NCBI GenBank assembly: GCA_028864975.1
Contig: JAGWLG010000048.1
Location: 1-15,480, forward strand
Origin: Thermoplasmata archaeon
GTDB lineage: Archaea > Thermoplasmatota > Thermoplasmata > Lutacidiplasmatales > UBA184
Direction of reading: 5' to 3'
Length of the DNA stretch: 15,480 nucleotides
How positions within the stretch are numbered: the first letter of the stretch is position 1; every line of letters begins with the position of its first letter. This document shows, in pieces, positions 1 through 7,987 of this stretch. Position numbers and translations under genes: made by a program. Under the pieces are notes generated by a model. It saw nothing but the letters and a program-made list of their open reading frames with translations, ran no database searches and had not been told where the DNA came from.

Positions 1-1
1 C

Positions 2-2404
2 GTCGTAGGACGTGAGAAGCGCCTTCACCGAGGCGGAACCGGATCGGTTCAACACCGTGGGGGAGGGCAAGGCCTTGCGGTGGGACTCGGCCGCCGCACC
101 GTCCCCTCGACCGCGAGCGAGGAGGGCCAACCTCAGGTGAGCTTCCCAAAGCTCGGAGATCGGTTCCTCCGCGGCCTCGGCTTCCCGGAGCGCACGCACG
201 TAGGCGCGCTCGGCCTCGGCGGGGCGACCCTCGGCCTCCTCGACGCGACCCAGGAGCAGTAGGTACCCCGAGCGATCGTACGGGGTCTCGAGGGTGCCCA
301 CCCAGGGCTCGACCCTCTTGAGCGTCCTCTTGGCGGAGGAAGAGTCGCCGTCCTCGAGCAGGACCCCCGCTTCGGTCAGGACGGCCCCGGTGACGAGGAT
401 CGGGGCGTGCGCCCGTTCCGCGGCCTCGTGCGAGCGGCGCAGGTCGTCGACGGCCTTCTGCCGGTCCCCTAGGTCCAGGAGCGTCAGGGCACGGTTGAAG
501 TGGCCCGCCGCGAGCCCGGCATAGTTGTTGGTCCTGCGGTGGTGCTCGAGGGCCGAGCTCACGAGCGACATCCCCTCTTCGTCCCGGGGGTTGATCGATA
601 GGAGGACCGCCGAGAGGTTCTTCTGTGCATAGGACCGCTCCCGGGGGTCTCCGAGCTCGTCCGCGAGGTGCATCATCGCACGAAAGTGCGTCGCAGCGTC
701 CTCGTTCTTCCCTGTCATCATGAGGGAGACGCCCACGACCTGGTGCAGCATGAGCTGCCCCCGGGTGTCCTCGACCTCCGAAAGGGCAGCGTTCGCTTCC
801 TCGACCAGGGGAAAGGTGTCCTCGCCCCGTCCCAATCCTCCCAGCGTCCGCGCGAGGAGGAAGAGCGCGCGCGCCCGCACAGGCCGATCGGACCTCCCCT
901 TCCCGATCTTCTTGAGCGCCCCGTCCAAGACCTTCTTCGACTCCTTCAGACGACCCAGGTCGTAGAGGGCCTGCCCCTGCTCGACCAGGACCGTGCCGAG
1001 CTCGAGCCCATCCGCCTTCCCCCCCTGGGTGAGGGCCTCCTCGGCCCTCTTCGCATACCGAAGGGCCGCCTCGGGGGCGTAGGCCTCTTGGGCGTACTGG
1101 GCCGCCCGGAGGTTCGCTCTCGCAGCCCGCGACCAGTCCTCCGAAGCCCACCAATGGTCCGCGACCAGGAGGGCCTGGGGCCCGACCTGCGAGGGCGTGC
1201 TCTCGAGCGCTTCCGCCACGCGTCGATGCAGGCGGTGGCCCTCCTCCTTAGGGAGGCGACGCTGGAGCTCGTCGACGAGCTCAGGGACCGAGAACGCGTA
1301 GGTCTCCTCCGGTCGTTCCAGCAAGAAGCCATCCTGGACCAGGCCCCGAAGGTCCTGGGTGAGGGCCTTCGTCGGCAAGGAGGAGACCTTAGAAGCCATC
1401 TCGAGCGTGAACTCCCCGCCGAGAAGGCTGAGCTCCGTCAGGAGACCGCGCGCGACCGTGGAAAGCCGCGCGACCCGGTCCATGGCGAGGTCCTCCACCT
1501 TCGGGCCGGCCTTCGCGGTCGGGCGGGCCTTTCGGCTCGAGGGGATCTCACCCCGCGCGATCTCCTCGACATAGACGGGTCGGCCCTTCGAGGCCATCTC
1601 GACGACCTCCACGAACTGCGGCGAGATCGCCCCCCGGGGGACCCATCTCGCGAGAAGCTCGGCCACCCCGTCTCGAGAGAGCCGCGGGAGCTCGATGCAT
1701 CGGACCCCCGGGGAGAGAAGCAGGGGTTCCAGGGGCGGGGGAGGGGCCGCCCCGTCCTCGAGGTCGAGGGTGGCCCAGATCACCAGCGGGTACTTCTCCA
1801 ACCGGTCCGCGAGGTAGCGGAGGACCGACCAGGAGTGGGCGTCGAGGTGCTCGATGCCCTCGAGGAGCCAGAGTGTCGGCTCCTCCTGAGAGAGCGCAAG
1901 GATCGACTCCCCCACCTCGTGGATGAACCGGCTCCGGTCACCCCAGGCCTCGACCCCTCGCTTGTAGAACTCGAGGTCCGAGAGGAGCTTCTGGTGAGGG
2001 TCCTCGAACGCGAGCCCCCCCGAGGAGGGACGTAGGACCCTCCTCGAAGAGGAGGCCGCGGCGCGTCCCCCGTCCAGGGTCCCGGGCCGTCCGAGGAAAG
2101 GGGTGAGGAAGAGGCTGTAGCTCGAGGAGGGGTTCCGGGCTCGCTCGGCCGAACGTTGGACCAGAGGTCCCACCGGAACGAAGGGGCGCTGGGCATCCGC
2201 GTCGCTCAAGACGACCCGGTGCACTCGACGGGACGGGTCCTCGCTACGACGGAGAGCAGCGTCCAAGATCCGAGACTGTCCCGCGCCCAGGGGTCCGCTG
2301 AGGAAGGTGAGGGAGCCTCGACGCGGATGGGGACCCTGGGGGACCGTGGCCAGGAGCGCTTCGACGAACGGGAAGAACTCCTTCGGAACGACCGGGACTT
2401 CCAT
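2..2404 (-). CDS. STAND/AAA_16-type (MalT-like) NTPase-winged helix-TPR protein with degenerate Walker motifs; 3'-partial (>=801 aa, runs off the left edge)
   Basis: Absent from the ORF track because it has no stop in the window. Hand translation from ATG 2404 is open to position 2: MEVPVVPKEFFPFVEALL...LTFLSGPLGAGQSRIL (Walker A-like), TLWLLEGIEHLDAHSWSVLRYLADR (Walker B-like), SKGRPVYVEE (GxP), LSLLGGEFTLE, ETYAFS, RLHRRVAEALE, ADHWWAS, then TPR-like helical pairs (e.g. VLVEQGQALYDLGRLKESKKVLDGAL; GHFNRALTLLDLGDRQKAVDDLRRS). TATA-like TTTAAG lies upstream. Confidence 0.9.
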   Translation of the reverse strand, partial: MEVPVVPKEFFPFVEALLATVPQGPHPRRGSLTFLSGPLGAGQSRILDAALRRSEDPSRRVHRVVLSDADAQRPFVPVGPLVQRSAERARNPSSSYSLFLTPFLGRPGTLDGGRAAASSSRRVLRPSSGGLAFEDPHQKLLSDLEFYKRGVEAWGDRSRFIHEVGESILALSQEEPTLWLLEGIEHLDAHSWSVLRYLADRLEKYPLVIWATLDLEDGAAPPPPLEPLLLSPGVRCIELPRLSRDGVAELLARWVPRGAISPQFVEVVEMASKGRPVYVEEIARGEIPSSRKARPTAKAGPKVEDLAMDRVARLSTVARGLLTELSLLGGEFTLEMASKVSSLPTKALTQDLRGLVQDGFLLERPEETYAFSVPELVDELQRRLPKEEGHRLHRRVAEALESTPSQVGPQALLVADHWWASEDWSRAARANLRAAQYAQEAYAPEAALRYAKRAEEALTQGGKADGLELGTVLVEQGQALYDLGRLKESKKVLDGALKKIGKGRSDRPVRARALFLLARTLGGLGRGEDTFPLVEEANAALSEVEDTRGQLMLHQVVGVSLMMTGKNEDAATHFRAMMHLADELGDPRERSYAQKNLSAVLLSINPRDEEGMSLVSSALEHHRRTNNYAGLAAGHFNRALTLLDLGDRQKAVDDLRRSHEAAERAHAPILVTGAVLTEAGVLLEDGDSSSAKRTLKRVEPWVGTLETPYDRSGYLLLLGRVEEAEGRPAEAERAYVRALREAEAAEEPISELWEAHLRLALLARGRGDGAAAESHRKALPSPTVLNRSGSASVKALLTSYD

Positions 2405-2438
2405 GGGCCTTGGGCGAAGGTAGAACGCAAATCTAGGG

Positions 2439-2444
2439 CTTAAA
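2439..2444 (-). promoter_or_regulatory. Archaeal TATA-like box TTTAAG with purine-rich BRE-like GGGGAA upstream, for the STAND-TPR gene starting at 2404
   Basis: Minus strand reads GGGGAATTTAAGCCC, an AT-rich patch in GC-rich DNA, 34 nt before the ATG. Confidence 0.6.
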
Positions 2445-2527
2445 TTCCCCGGCCGCCCGACACGGGCCTCTGGGCTGCGACAATCGAAACCTGAGGGCCC
2501 GCGATGGCGGCGCGAACGAGCGCCGGA

Positions 2528-3421
2528 TCACCGAGACGGTGAAGCGGCAGGTCCCTCGCCCAAGAACCTCTGAAGGTCCGAGGTCGTCTCCCTGGCTTTC
2601 TCGATCATCGGAAGGTGCCCGCAACCCTCGTAGCAGATGAATCGGGCTTGGGGCATCTTCTTCGACGCGGCCTCGCCGTCCTTCCAGTCGAAATGGGCAT
2701 CCTCCCGCCCCCACAAGAGGAGCGTGGGGCAGGAGATCCTTTCAAGGTCCGCCGCGACGGAGGCGTCGGGCTTCGTCATCGCGCTCGCCGTCGCCAGATA
2801 GGAAGATCGGCGCGGACGAGACTTCCATTCGTCCGAGAGGTAGTGGGTCCAGTTCTCGTCGACCCATCTCGGGTCATGGAACACCCCCTTGCGGAGGAAG
2901 GACGCGAACGCCCGGGGCGTGGGGGCGAACAGATAGGCGGGGAGGATGTAGGGAAGGTACAGACGCACCGTCTTGCCCGGAAGCTTGGGGGTGAGCCCCG
3001 AAGCACCCAGCAGGACCAGGCGTTCGATCCGAAGAGGACGGTCGAGCGCGAGCATGGCCCCGAGCGCACCTCCAAGGGAACTCCCGAGGACCGTGAGCCG
3101 CTGGAACGGCAAGGCGTCCACGAACGCGTCCATCGCCGATCGGTAGGACCCGATACGACGATCCTTCCCAGGTAGCATTCCTGACTTCCCGTGGCACGGG
3201 AGGTCCAGAGCGATCACGGTCCTGGGAGCAAGGTCAGCGAAGGTGGGGAGCCAGATCTCCGAGCGGGCGCCGAAACCGTGCAGCAGCAGCACGGCTCCGT
3301 CTTCGGGCCTGCCAGCGGGCTTGGAGATCAGGTAGCGGAACCGGACCCCCCCGGCCTCGATGAACTTCTCCGCTACCGTCGCCGGGAGCGGACCTTCTGG
3401 GCGGATAGGTGGGGCGGGCAC
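2528..3421 (-). CDS. Alpha/beta-fold hydrolase (Abhydrolase_1/6 family), about 297 aa
   Basis: VLLLHGFG (oxyanion), IALDLPCHGKS, GSSLGG nucleophile elbow, WGREDAHF (Asp) and GCGHLP (His) give an intact triad. Start reassigned from the track's 3940 to GTG 3421: the extension overlaps the opposite-strand STAND gene, and TTGAAG lies 23 nt before GTG 3421. Confidence 0.9.
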   Translation of the reverse strand: MPAPPIRPEGPLPATVAEKFIEAGGVRFRYLISKPAGRPEDGAVLLLHGFGARSEIWLPTFADLAPRTVIALDLPCHGKSGMLPGKDRRIGSYRSAMDAFVDALPFQRLTVLGSSLGGALGAMLALDRPLRIERLVLLGASGLTPKLPGKTVRLYLPYILPAYLFAPTPRAFASFLRKGVFHDPRWVDENWTHYLSDEWKSRPRRSSYLATASAMTKPDASVAADLERISCPTLLLWGREDAHFDWKDGEAASKKMPQARFICYEGCGHLPMIEKARETTSDLQRFLGEGPAASPSR

Positions 3422-3444
3422 GCGGGCGGCAGCGGCCCCTCCTC

Positions 3445-3450
3445 CTTCAA
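3445..3450 (-). promoter_or_regulatory. TATA-like hexamer TTGAAG for the hydrolase gene
   Basis: 23-nt spacer to GTG 3421; the same hexamer and spacing occur before the MBL gene (12095-12100). Confidence 0.45.
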
Positions 3451-3503
3451 GGCTTCGAGGGAACGCGCGGATGGCTCGAGATTCAGGGGGCCGACCGATG
3501 CCA

Positions 3504-3530
3504 GAAATAGAGGGAGACCACCTCTCCCTC
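3504..3530 (+). promoter_or_regulatory. TATA-like GAAATA followed by a perfect 8-bp inverted repeat GAGGGAGA-ccacc-TCTCCCTC (possible operator or 5' hairpin)
   Basis: GAAATA at 3504-3509 is 23 nt before ATG 3533. Repeat arms are 3510-3517 and 3523-3530, ending 2 nt before the ATG. Confidence 0.45.
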
Positions 3531-3532
3531 GC

Positions 3533-5770
3533 ATGACCGAGCGGCCCCCCGGGGGCTCCCCGGGGACCCAGGCAGAGGTCCGGGAAGCCGTCTCCGCGCT
3601 CCTTCCCGCGGTCGAGCGGGGAGGTGGGTCGGTGGTGACGCTGCTGGGCAAGGCCGAGTCTGGGAAGAGCCGGCTCGTCTCCCTGCTCGTGCGAGAGGCC
3701 CGCGACCGCGGCTGGACCACCCTCCTGGCGACCGGCACGCCTCGCTCCGGTGAGCTCCCTCACGGGATGGTCCTCGACGCGATGCGACCGATCCTCCCGG
3801 GACTCATGCCCGCGACCGGACCCTCGCCCACACGGGCCTCCGAGCCGGCGGGTCTGGGTCTGCCCCTCGCCCTCGCGGCCTTCCTCCCTGTCGGTGGAGA
3901 GGAGGAGCGCCCGAGCGAGGGGGGTTCCATGGGCTCGCACGCGGTGCCCTGGGAGCTTCCTTCCTCGCTCTCTCCCGCGGAAGCGGACCGTCTCCTCCTG
4001 CGGCGACTGACCGACGCGTCCAAGCGGGGTCCCGTGCTACTGGTCCTGGACGATGCCCAGTGGATGGACGAGCTCTCCCAACGCTTCGCCTCGACGCTCT
4101 GCCTTTCCCTCAAGGAGACCAGGATCCTCTTCGTGATCTCTCTCGACCCTGAGGCGGCCCCTCCCCTGGTCCGTCGGTTCGCCGCTCGGGAGGAGGGAGG
4201 GCTCTCCGACCACGTCTACCGCGTGGTCCCGGCGGGCTCACAACGCCTCCGACCGCTGCCTCCTCCTGCCCTCCCGGCGCTCGAGCCGGTGGAGCCGAGC
4301 CTGCTCGAGTCGCTCCTCTCGTTGGGCGCGGTCATCGGTATGGAGGTCGACCTTCGGACGCTAGCCGAGCTCACGGGGAAGCGCCCCGAGGAGATCCTAG
4401 AGAGCTTGGAGGAGGGAGCGCGTCGTGGCTGGCTGTGGCGAAGCGGCGAGGAGTCCTTCCACTTCTCCGGCGAACGCACGTGGCGGTGGGCGCTCGGCAT
4501 GCCCCATCAGCCCCTCCCCGTCCGCCACGAGCGCGTGGCCAAGGCGCTCGAGAAGCTGCACCCGAGCCCCGAGGGACGTGTCCTGTTCGAGCTCGCGCAC
4601 CATTGGCAGGAGGCCGGGGCGCCGTCCCGCGCGTTCCCCTACATGGTCCGCTCCGCTGAGGCGGCGTTCCGAGCGGGGGCCTACGAGACGGCCCGCGACC
4701 GTCTCCAGAGGGCCCTCGGCCTTCTGCCCTCCTTGCCGGCCGAAGAGCGCAGCCACGAAGAGGTACGGATCCTCGTCGACCTCGCCGAGGTCCTCGACGC
4801 GATGGGAGAGGGGAGCAAGGCCGGGGCTCGTCTGCGCGAGGCCCTCACGCGTGCAGAGGTCCTCCACCTTCCAGCGCGAGAGATCGTCCGCGTCGAGGTC
4901 CTCTTGGGCGACCTGCAGCGCCGCTGGGGACAGGGGGAGCAAGCCTTCGAGGTGCTCGAGCGCGCCCGTGCGCGAGCCGCGGCGGCGCACGATCCCGCGA
5001 CGGAGGCGACAGTGCTCTCTCGCGTCGCCATGGTCCAGCGCCGTCAGGGGCACTGGTCCGAGTCTCGCGAGAGCGTCCGCCGCTCGCTCGCCCTCCTCGA
5101 GGATGGCCACGGAGGGCCCGAAGAGCGTGCGCTGGTCCACTACGCGGCCGCCGACACGTACATCTGGGGCGGCAAGGAGGACGATACGCTGGCCAAGGAG
5201 AACATCCGGAAGACCCGGGAAGCTCTCCGGGAGATGGGCCAGGTCGGTCGCGAGGTCCCCCTGATGAACTTGGAGGGGCTCCACGCCTCCCAACTGGGCG
5301 ACTCGGAGGAGGCGCTCCGCCTGTGGCAGGGGGCAGCGGACACGGCCCTACGCCTGGGGAACCTGGTGGATGCGGCCAACATGCAAGGGAACTTGGCCGA
5401 GGTCTACGCCGAGAGGAAGCGGTTCAAGGAGGCCCAGGCCTCGCTCTCCCTCGCCATGGAGCTCGTCCAGGGCATGGAGGAACCCCGTGTCCGAGGGCAG
5501 GTGCATCTCGCGGCGGCCACGCTCGCGTGGCGTCAAGGGAACACCCCGCAGGCCGAGCGGGAGCTCGACGCGGGTATCGAGCTCCTCGCTTCGGACGCCA
5601 GCACCGACCTGCGGCAGCAGCTCGAGTTCCTGCGTGCGCGCATTCGCCTGGAGCAAGGTCGCCCGAAGGAGGCCCGTGAGCTCGTCTCCCATCTCGACCG
5701 CTTGCGCTACCCCCACCTCCTTCCTCCCGATCAGAAGGAGGAGTGGGAGCGGATCCACGCCGCGAGCTGA
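3533..5770 (+). CDS. STAND/AAA_16-type (MalT-like) NTPase-winged helix-TPR protein, 745 aa, no recognisable effector domain
   Basis: Walker A VTLLGKAESGKSRL, Walker B VLLVLDDAQWMD, WH-like LGAVIGMEVDLRTLAELTG...ESFHFS, RHERVAKALE, ELAHHWQEAG, then about 9 TPR-like repeats (e.g. GNLAEVYAERKRFKEAQASLSLAMELV). Start reassigned to ATG 3533 because the track's extension from 3191 overlaps the hydrolase. Confidence 0.9.
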   Translation: MTERPPGGSPGTQAEVREAVSALLPAVERGGGSVVTLLGKAESGKSRLVSLLVREARDRGWTTLLATGTPRSGELPHGMVLDAMRPILPGLMPATGPSPTRASEPAGLGLPLALAAFLPVGGEEERPSEGGSMGSHAVPWELPSSLSPAEADRLLLRRLTDASKRGPVLLVLDDAQWMDELSQRFASTLCLSLKETRILFVISLDPEAAPPLVRRFAAREEGGLSDHVYRVVPAGSQRLRPLPPPALPALEPVEPSLLESLLSLGAVIGMEVDLRTLAELTGKRPEEILESLEEGARRGWLWRSGEESFHFSGERTWRWALGMPHQPLPVRHERVAKALEKLHPSPEGRVLFELAHHWQEAGAPSRAFPYMVRSAEAAFRAGAYETARDRLQRALGLLPSLPAEERSHEEVRILVDLAEVLDAMGEGSKAGARLREALTRAEVLHLPAREIVRVEVLLGDLQRRWGQGEQAFEVLERARARAAAAHDPATEATVLSRVAMVQRRQGHWSESRESVRRSLALLEDGHGGPEERALVHYAAADTYIWGGKEDDTLAKENIRKTREALREMGQVGREVPLMNLEGLHASQLGDSEEALRLWQGAADTALRLGNLVDAANMQGNLAEVYAERKRFKEAQASLSLAMELVQGMEEPRVRGQVHLAAATLAWRQGNTPQAERELDAGIELLASDASTDLRQQLEFLRARIRLEQGRPKEARELVSHLDRLRYPHLLPPDQKEEWERIHAAS

Positions 5771-5790
5771 GCGCTCCCAACGCGCTCAGC
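5766..5790 (+). terminator. GC hairpin (9-bp stem GCTGAGCGC/GCGCTCAGC, 7-nt loop) overlapping the STAND stop codon; no U-tract
   Basis: Perfect inverted repeat at 5766-5774 / 5782-5790. Function is inferred from position only. Confidence 0.35.
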
Positions 5791-5824
5791 GTTGCGTTCA
5801 TAGTGTCTCGCGGTTCGTGAGGGC

Positions 5825-6415
5825 ATGAGCCAGGCCCCCCCGCTGGTGGTCCAGGCGATCCGGAGGGCGGTCGAGGCCCACGGGGGTCAGTTGCGCAAGG
5901 ATGGACGGACCCCCTACATCGTCCATCCGCTCGGCGTGCTGCGTCACCTCACTTCGGACCTCAGGATCACCGACCCCGAAGCGATGGCGGCAGCCGTCCT
6001 CCACGATGTCTTGGAGGACACCCCTGTTCCCCCCGAAAGCGTCGAACGGGAGTTCGGTCAAAACGTCCGCCGGCTCGTGGAGGAGCTGACGCTCCCGCCT
6101 GACGTCCACGGCCCCCAGGTCCCCACGCAGGTCAAGACCCAACACATCGTGCGGGCGCTCGAAGAGATCAGCTGGTCCGGGGTCGCGATCAAGCTCTGCG
6201 ACCGGTGGGACAACCTGAGCGACATGCATCTAGCACCCTGGTCCAAGGAGAAGAAGGAAGGCTTCCTCCTTCAGACCGAGGAGATGCTGCGAGCAATCGA
6301 AGCGCGTCGGGCAAAGGAGAAGGAGACGGCGGAGTTCTCCTCCCCCCTTACCATCGGCATCGCGGGCGTTCGCCGCACGCTTGAGTCGCGCTGGAACGAG
6401 CTCCAGGGGCCCTGA
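5825..6415 (+). CDS. HD-domain protein, small alarmone hydrolase (SAH)/Mesh1-like (HD_4 family), 196 aa
   Basis: AHGGQLRKDGRTPYIVHP, AAVLHDVLEDT and IKLCDRWDNL match the RelA/SpoT hydrolase-domain motifs (RK, PYxxH, HDxxED, KLxDRxxN). TTCATA lies 22 nt upstream. Confidence 0.9.
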   Translation: MSQAPPLVVQAIRRAVEAHGGQLRKDGRTPYIVHPLGVLRHLTSDLRITDPEAMAAAVLHDVLEDTPVPPESVEREFGQNVRRLVEELTLPPDVHGPQVPTQVKTQHIVRALEEISWSGVAIKLCDRWDNLSDMHLAPWSKEKKEGFLLQTEEMLRAIEARRAKEKETAEFSSPLTIGIAGVRRTLESRWNELQGP

Positions 6416-6433
6416 GCGGTCCGTTGGAGCGAC

Positions 6434-7900
6434 CTACGGCACGCTCCCCAGGGTCGGTGAGCGGGCACCGGGAAGCGGGCGCTCCTCTCCACGGTCCGAG
6501 CGGCCGCGAACCGCGTTCGCGCCCGCGGCGAGGAGCGTCAACACGAATCCGACGGCGAAGATCACGTGGAGGGCGGACATGAACGCCCCGACATCGGGGG
6601 GCGCCCCGCCAGAACCGCCGGCAAAGACGCTCGCGAGCGTGGAGGTGGGCACGACCCCCGCGAGGATCGTGAACCCCATGGCCAGACTGCCCAGGTTGCC
6701 CGCCTGGAGGAAGGTCATCCCCATCCCGCTCGCGACCCCCCGGCGCTCGGGAGGCACGCTGGACATCACCTCGGCGCGGTTCGGCGCGGCGAACATCCCC
6801 TGGCCGACGCCGAGCATCACCATCGCCGCGGCGAGCTGCCAATAGGGATCGTGTGCTTGGAACTCGAGCAGCACGAGGAATCCCAGGGAGCTCAGCAGGA
6901 GCCCTGCCGTCCCCAGGATGCGAGCCCCCGTGAGGTCGGAGACCGCTCCGCTGATCGGACCCGCGACCACGAAAGCGGCCGATAGCGGGAGCAGCATGAG
7001 CCCCGCCGACAGCGGCGACTGGAACAGCACGCCCTGGAAGTAGAACACCATGATGAACGAGAAGGCGCCCCGCGCCAGCGCCGAGAAGAGCGCCGCCAAG
7101 TTCCCGAACGCGAAGGTTCGGATACGGAAGAGGGAGAGCTGGAACATCGGGCTCGCGACCCTGCGCTCCACGCCCAGGAACAGCAACAGCGAGGCGATGC
7201 CCGCGACGAGCAGGAAGATGATCACGGGGGACCCCCATCCCTGGAGCCCACCGAGGGTGACCCCGACCAGGGCCGCCGTGATGCCCACCGCAAAGCTGAG
7301 GTTGCCTCTCCAATCGATGGGCGCCTGTCGCTCGTGGGACGGGGTCCGCGGGAGCGCGCGGTAGGCCCAGATCGTACCGAACGTTCCGATGGGGAGGTTC
7401 ACCCAGAAGATCGAACGCCAGCCCAGCGTCGTGGTCAACACCCCTCCCAGGACCAGCCCGAGCATCCCCCCGCCGATCGCGGCGACCTGGTTGATCCCGA
7501 GCGCGCGTCCTCGTTCACGGGGCGGGAAGGCGTCCGTCAAGATGGCGGCCGAGTTCGAGGAGAGGAGCCCCGCACCCACGCCCTGGACGATCCGGGCGCT
7601 CAACAGGAAAGCCCCCGAAGTGGACAAGCTCGCGAGCCCGCTCCCGATGGTGAAGACCGCGAAACCCAGGGTGTAGAGACGCACCCTCCCGAACATGTCG
7701 GAGAGGCGACCCAAGGAGAGCAGCAGGGTCGTGGTGACCAGGCTGTAGGTCAGGACCACCCAGAGGAGCACCTCGGGAGGCGTACCGGGAAGCTCCCGGC
7801 CGATGGTCGGGAGCGAGATCAGCACGATCGAGGTGTCCAAGAGGGCCATGAAGGTCCCGATGGTGGTGTTCGAAAGGGCGACCCACTTCCGCGCGACCAT
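6434..7900 (-). CDS. MFS transporter, DHA2 (EmrB/QacA-like, 14-TMS) family, 488 aa
   Basis: Many hydrophobic helices; FMALLDTSIV (motif D1), GRLSDMFGRVR (motif A), ARIVQGVGAG (motif B), GLVLGGVL (motif C-like), WRSIFWVNLPIG (motif H). Confidence 0.93.
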   Translation of the reverse strand: MVARKWVALSNTTIGTFMALLDTSIVLISLPTIGRELPGTPPEVLLWVVLTYSLVTTTLLLSLGRLSDMFGRVRLYTLGFAVFTIGSGLASLSTSGAFLLSARIVQGVGAGLLSSNSAAILTDAFPPRERGRALGINQVAAIGGGMLGLVLGGVLTTTLGWRSIFWVNLPIGTFGTIWAYRALPRTPSHERQAPIDWRGNLSFAVGITAALVGVTLGGLQGWGSPVIIFLLVAGIASLLLFLGVERRVASPMFQLSLFRIRTFAFGNLAALFSALARGAFSFIMVFYFQGVLFQSPLSAGLMLLPLSAAFVVAGPISGAVSDLTGARILGTAGLLLSSLGFLVLLEFQAHDPYWQLAAAMVMLGVGQGMFAAPNRAEVMSSVPPERRGVASGMGMTFLQAGNLGSLAMGFTILAGVVPTSTLASVFAGGSGGAPPDVGAFMSALHVIFAVGFVLTLLAAGANAVRGRSDRGEERPLPGARSPTLGSVP

Positions 7901-7987
7901 GGAAGCTCAAGGGGCGGCGTGCCCGAGCGACCCGTGAACCTCGCCCGCTCTAAGGGCTAGCCCCGAGGGTCCCCCCCCAACGGGGAC

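Noticed and set aside
668-2035. 455-aa plus-strand ORF in the track
   Set aside because: Antisense shadow in codon register with the real minus-strand STAND-TPR gene (2-2404); it has no recognisable motifs.
3191-3940. N-terminal extensions of the hydrolase (to 3940) and STAND2 (from 3191)
   Set aside because: They would overlap each other head-to-head over about 750 nt and are low-complexity. TATA-like boxes support starts at 3421 and 3533.
4397-5293. 298-aa minus ORF and the many other 60-320 aa ORFs overlapping annotated genes
   Set aside because: Arg/Pro/Gly-rich shadow frames expected from stop-codon scarcity in GC-rich DNA; no motifs.
2-5770. Assignment to a known Avs, BREX or other named defence system
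   Set aside because: No fused nuclease/TIR/SIR2/protease effector and no BREX partner genes are visible. The motifs fit the MalT/AAA_16 STAND class, so only an undescribed system can be hypothesised.
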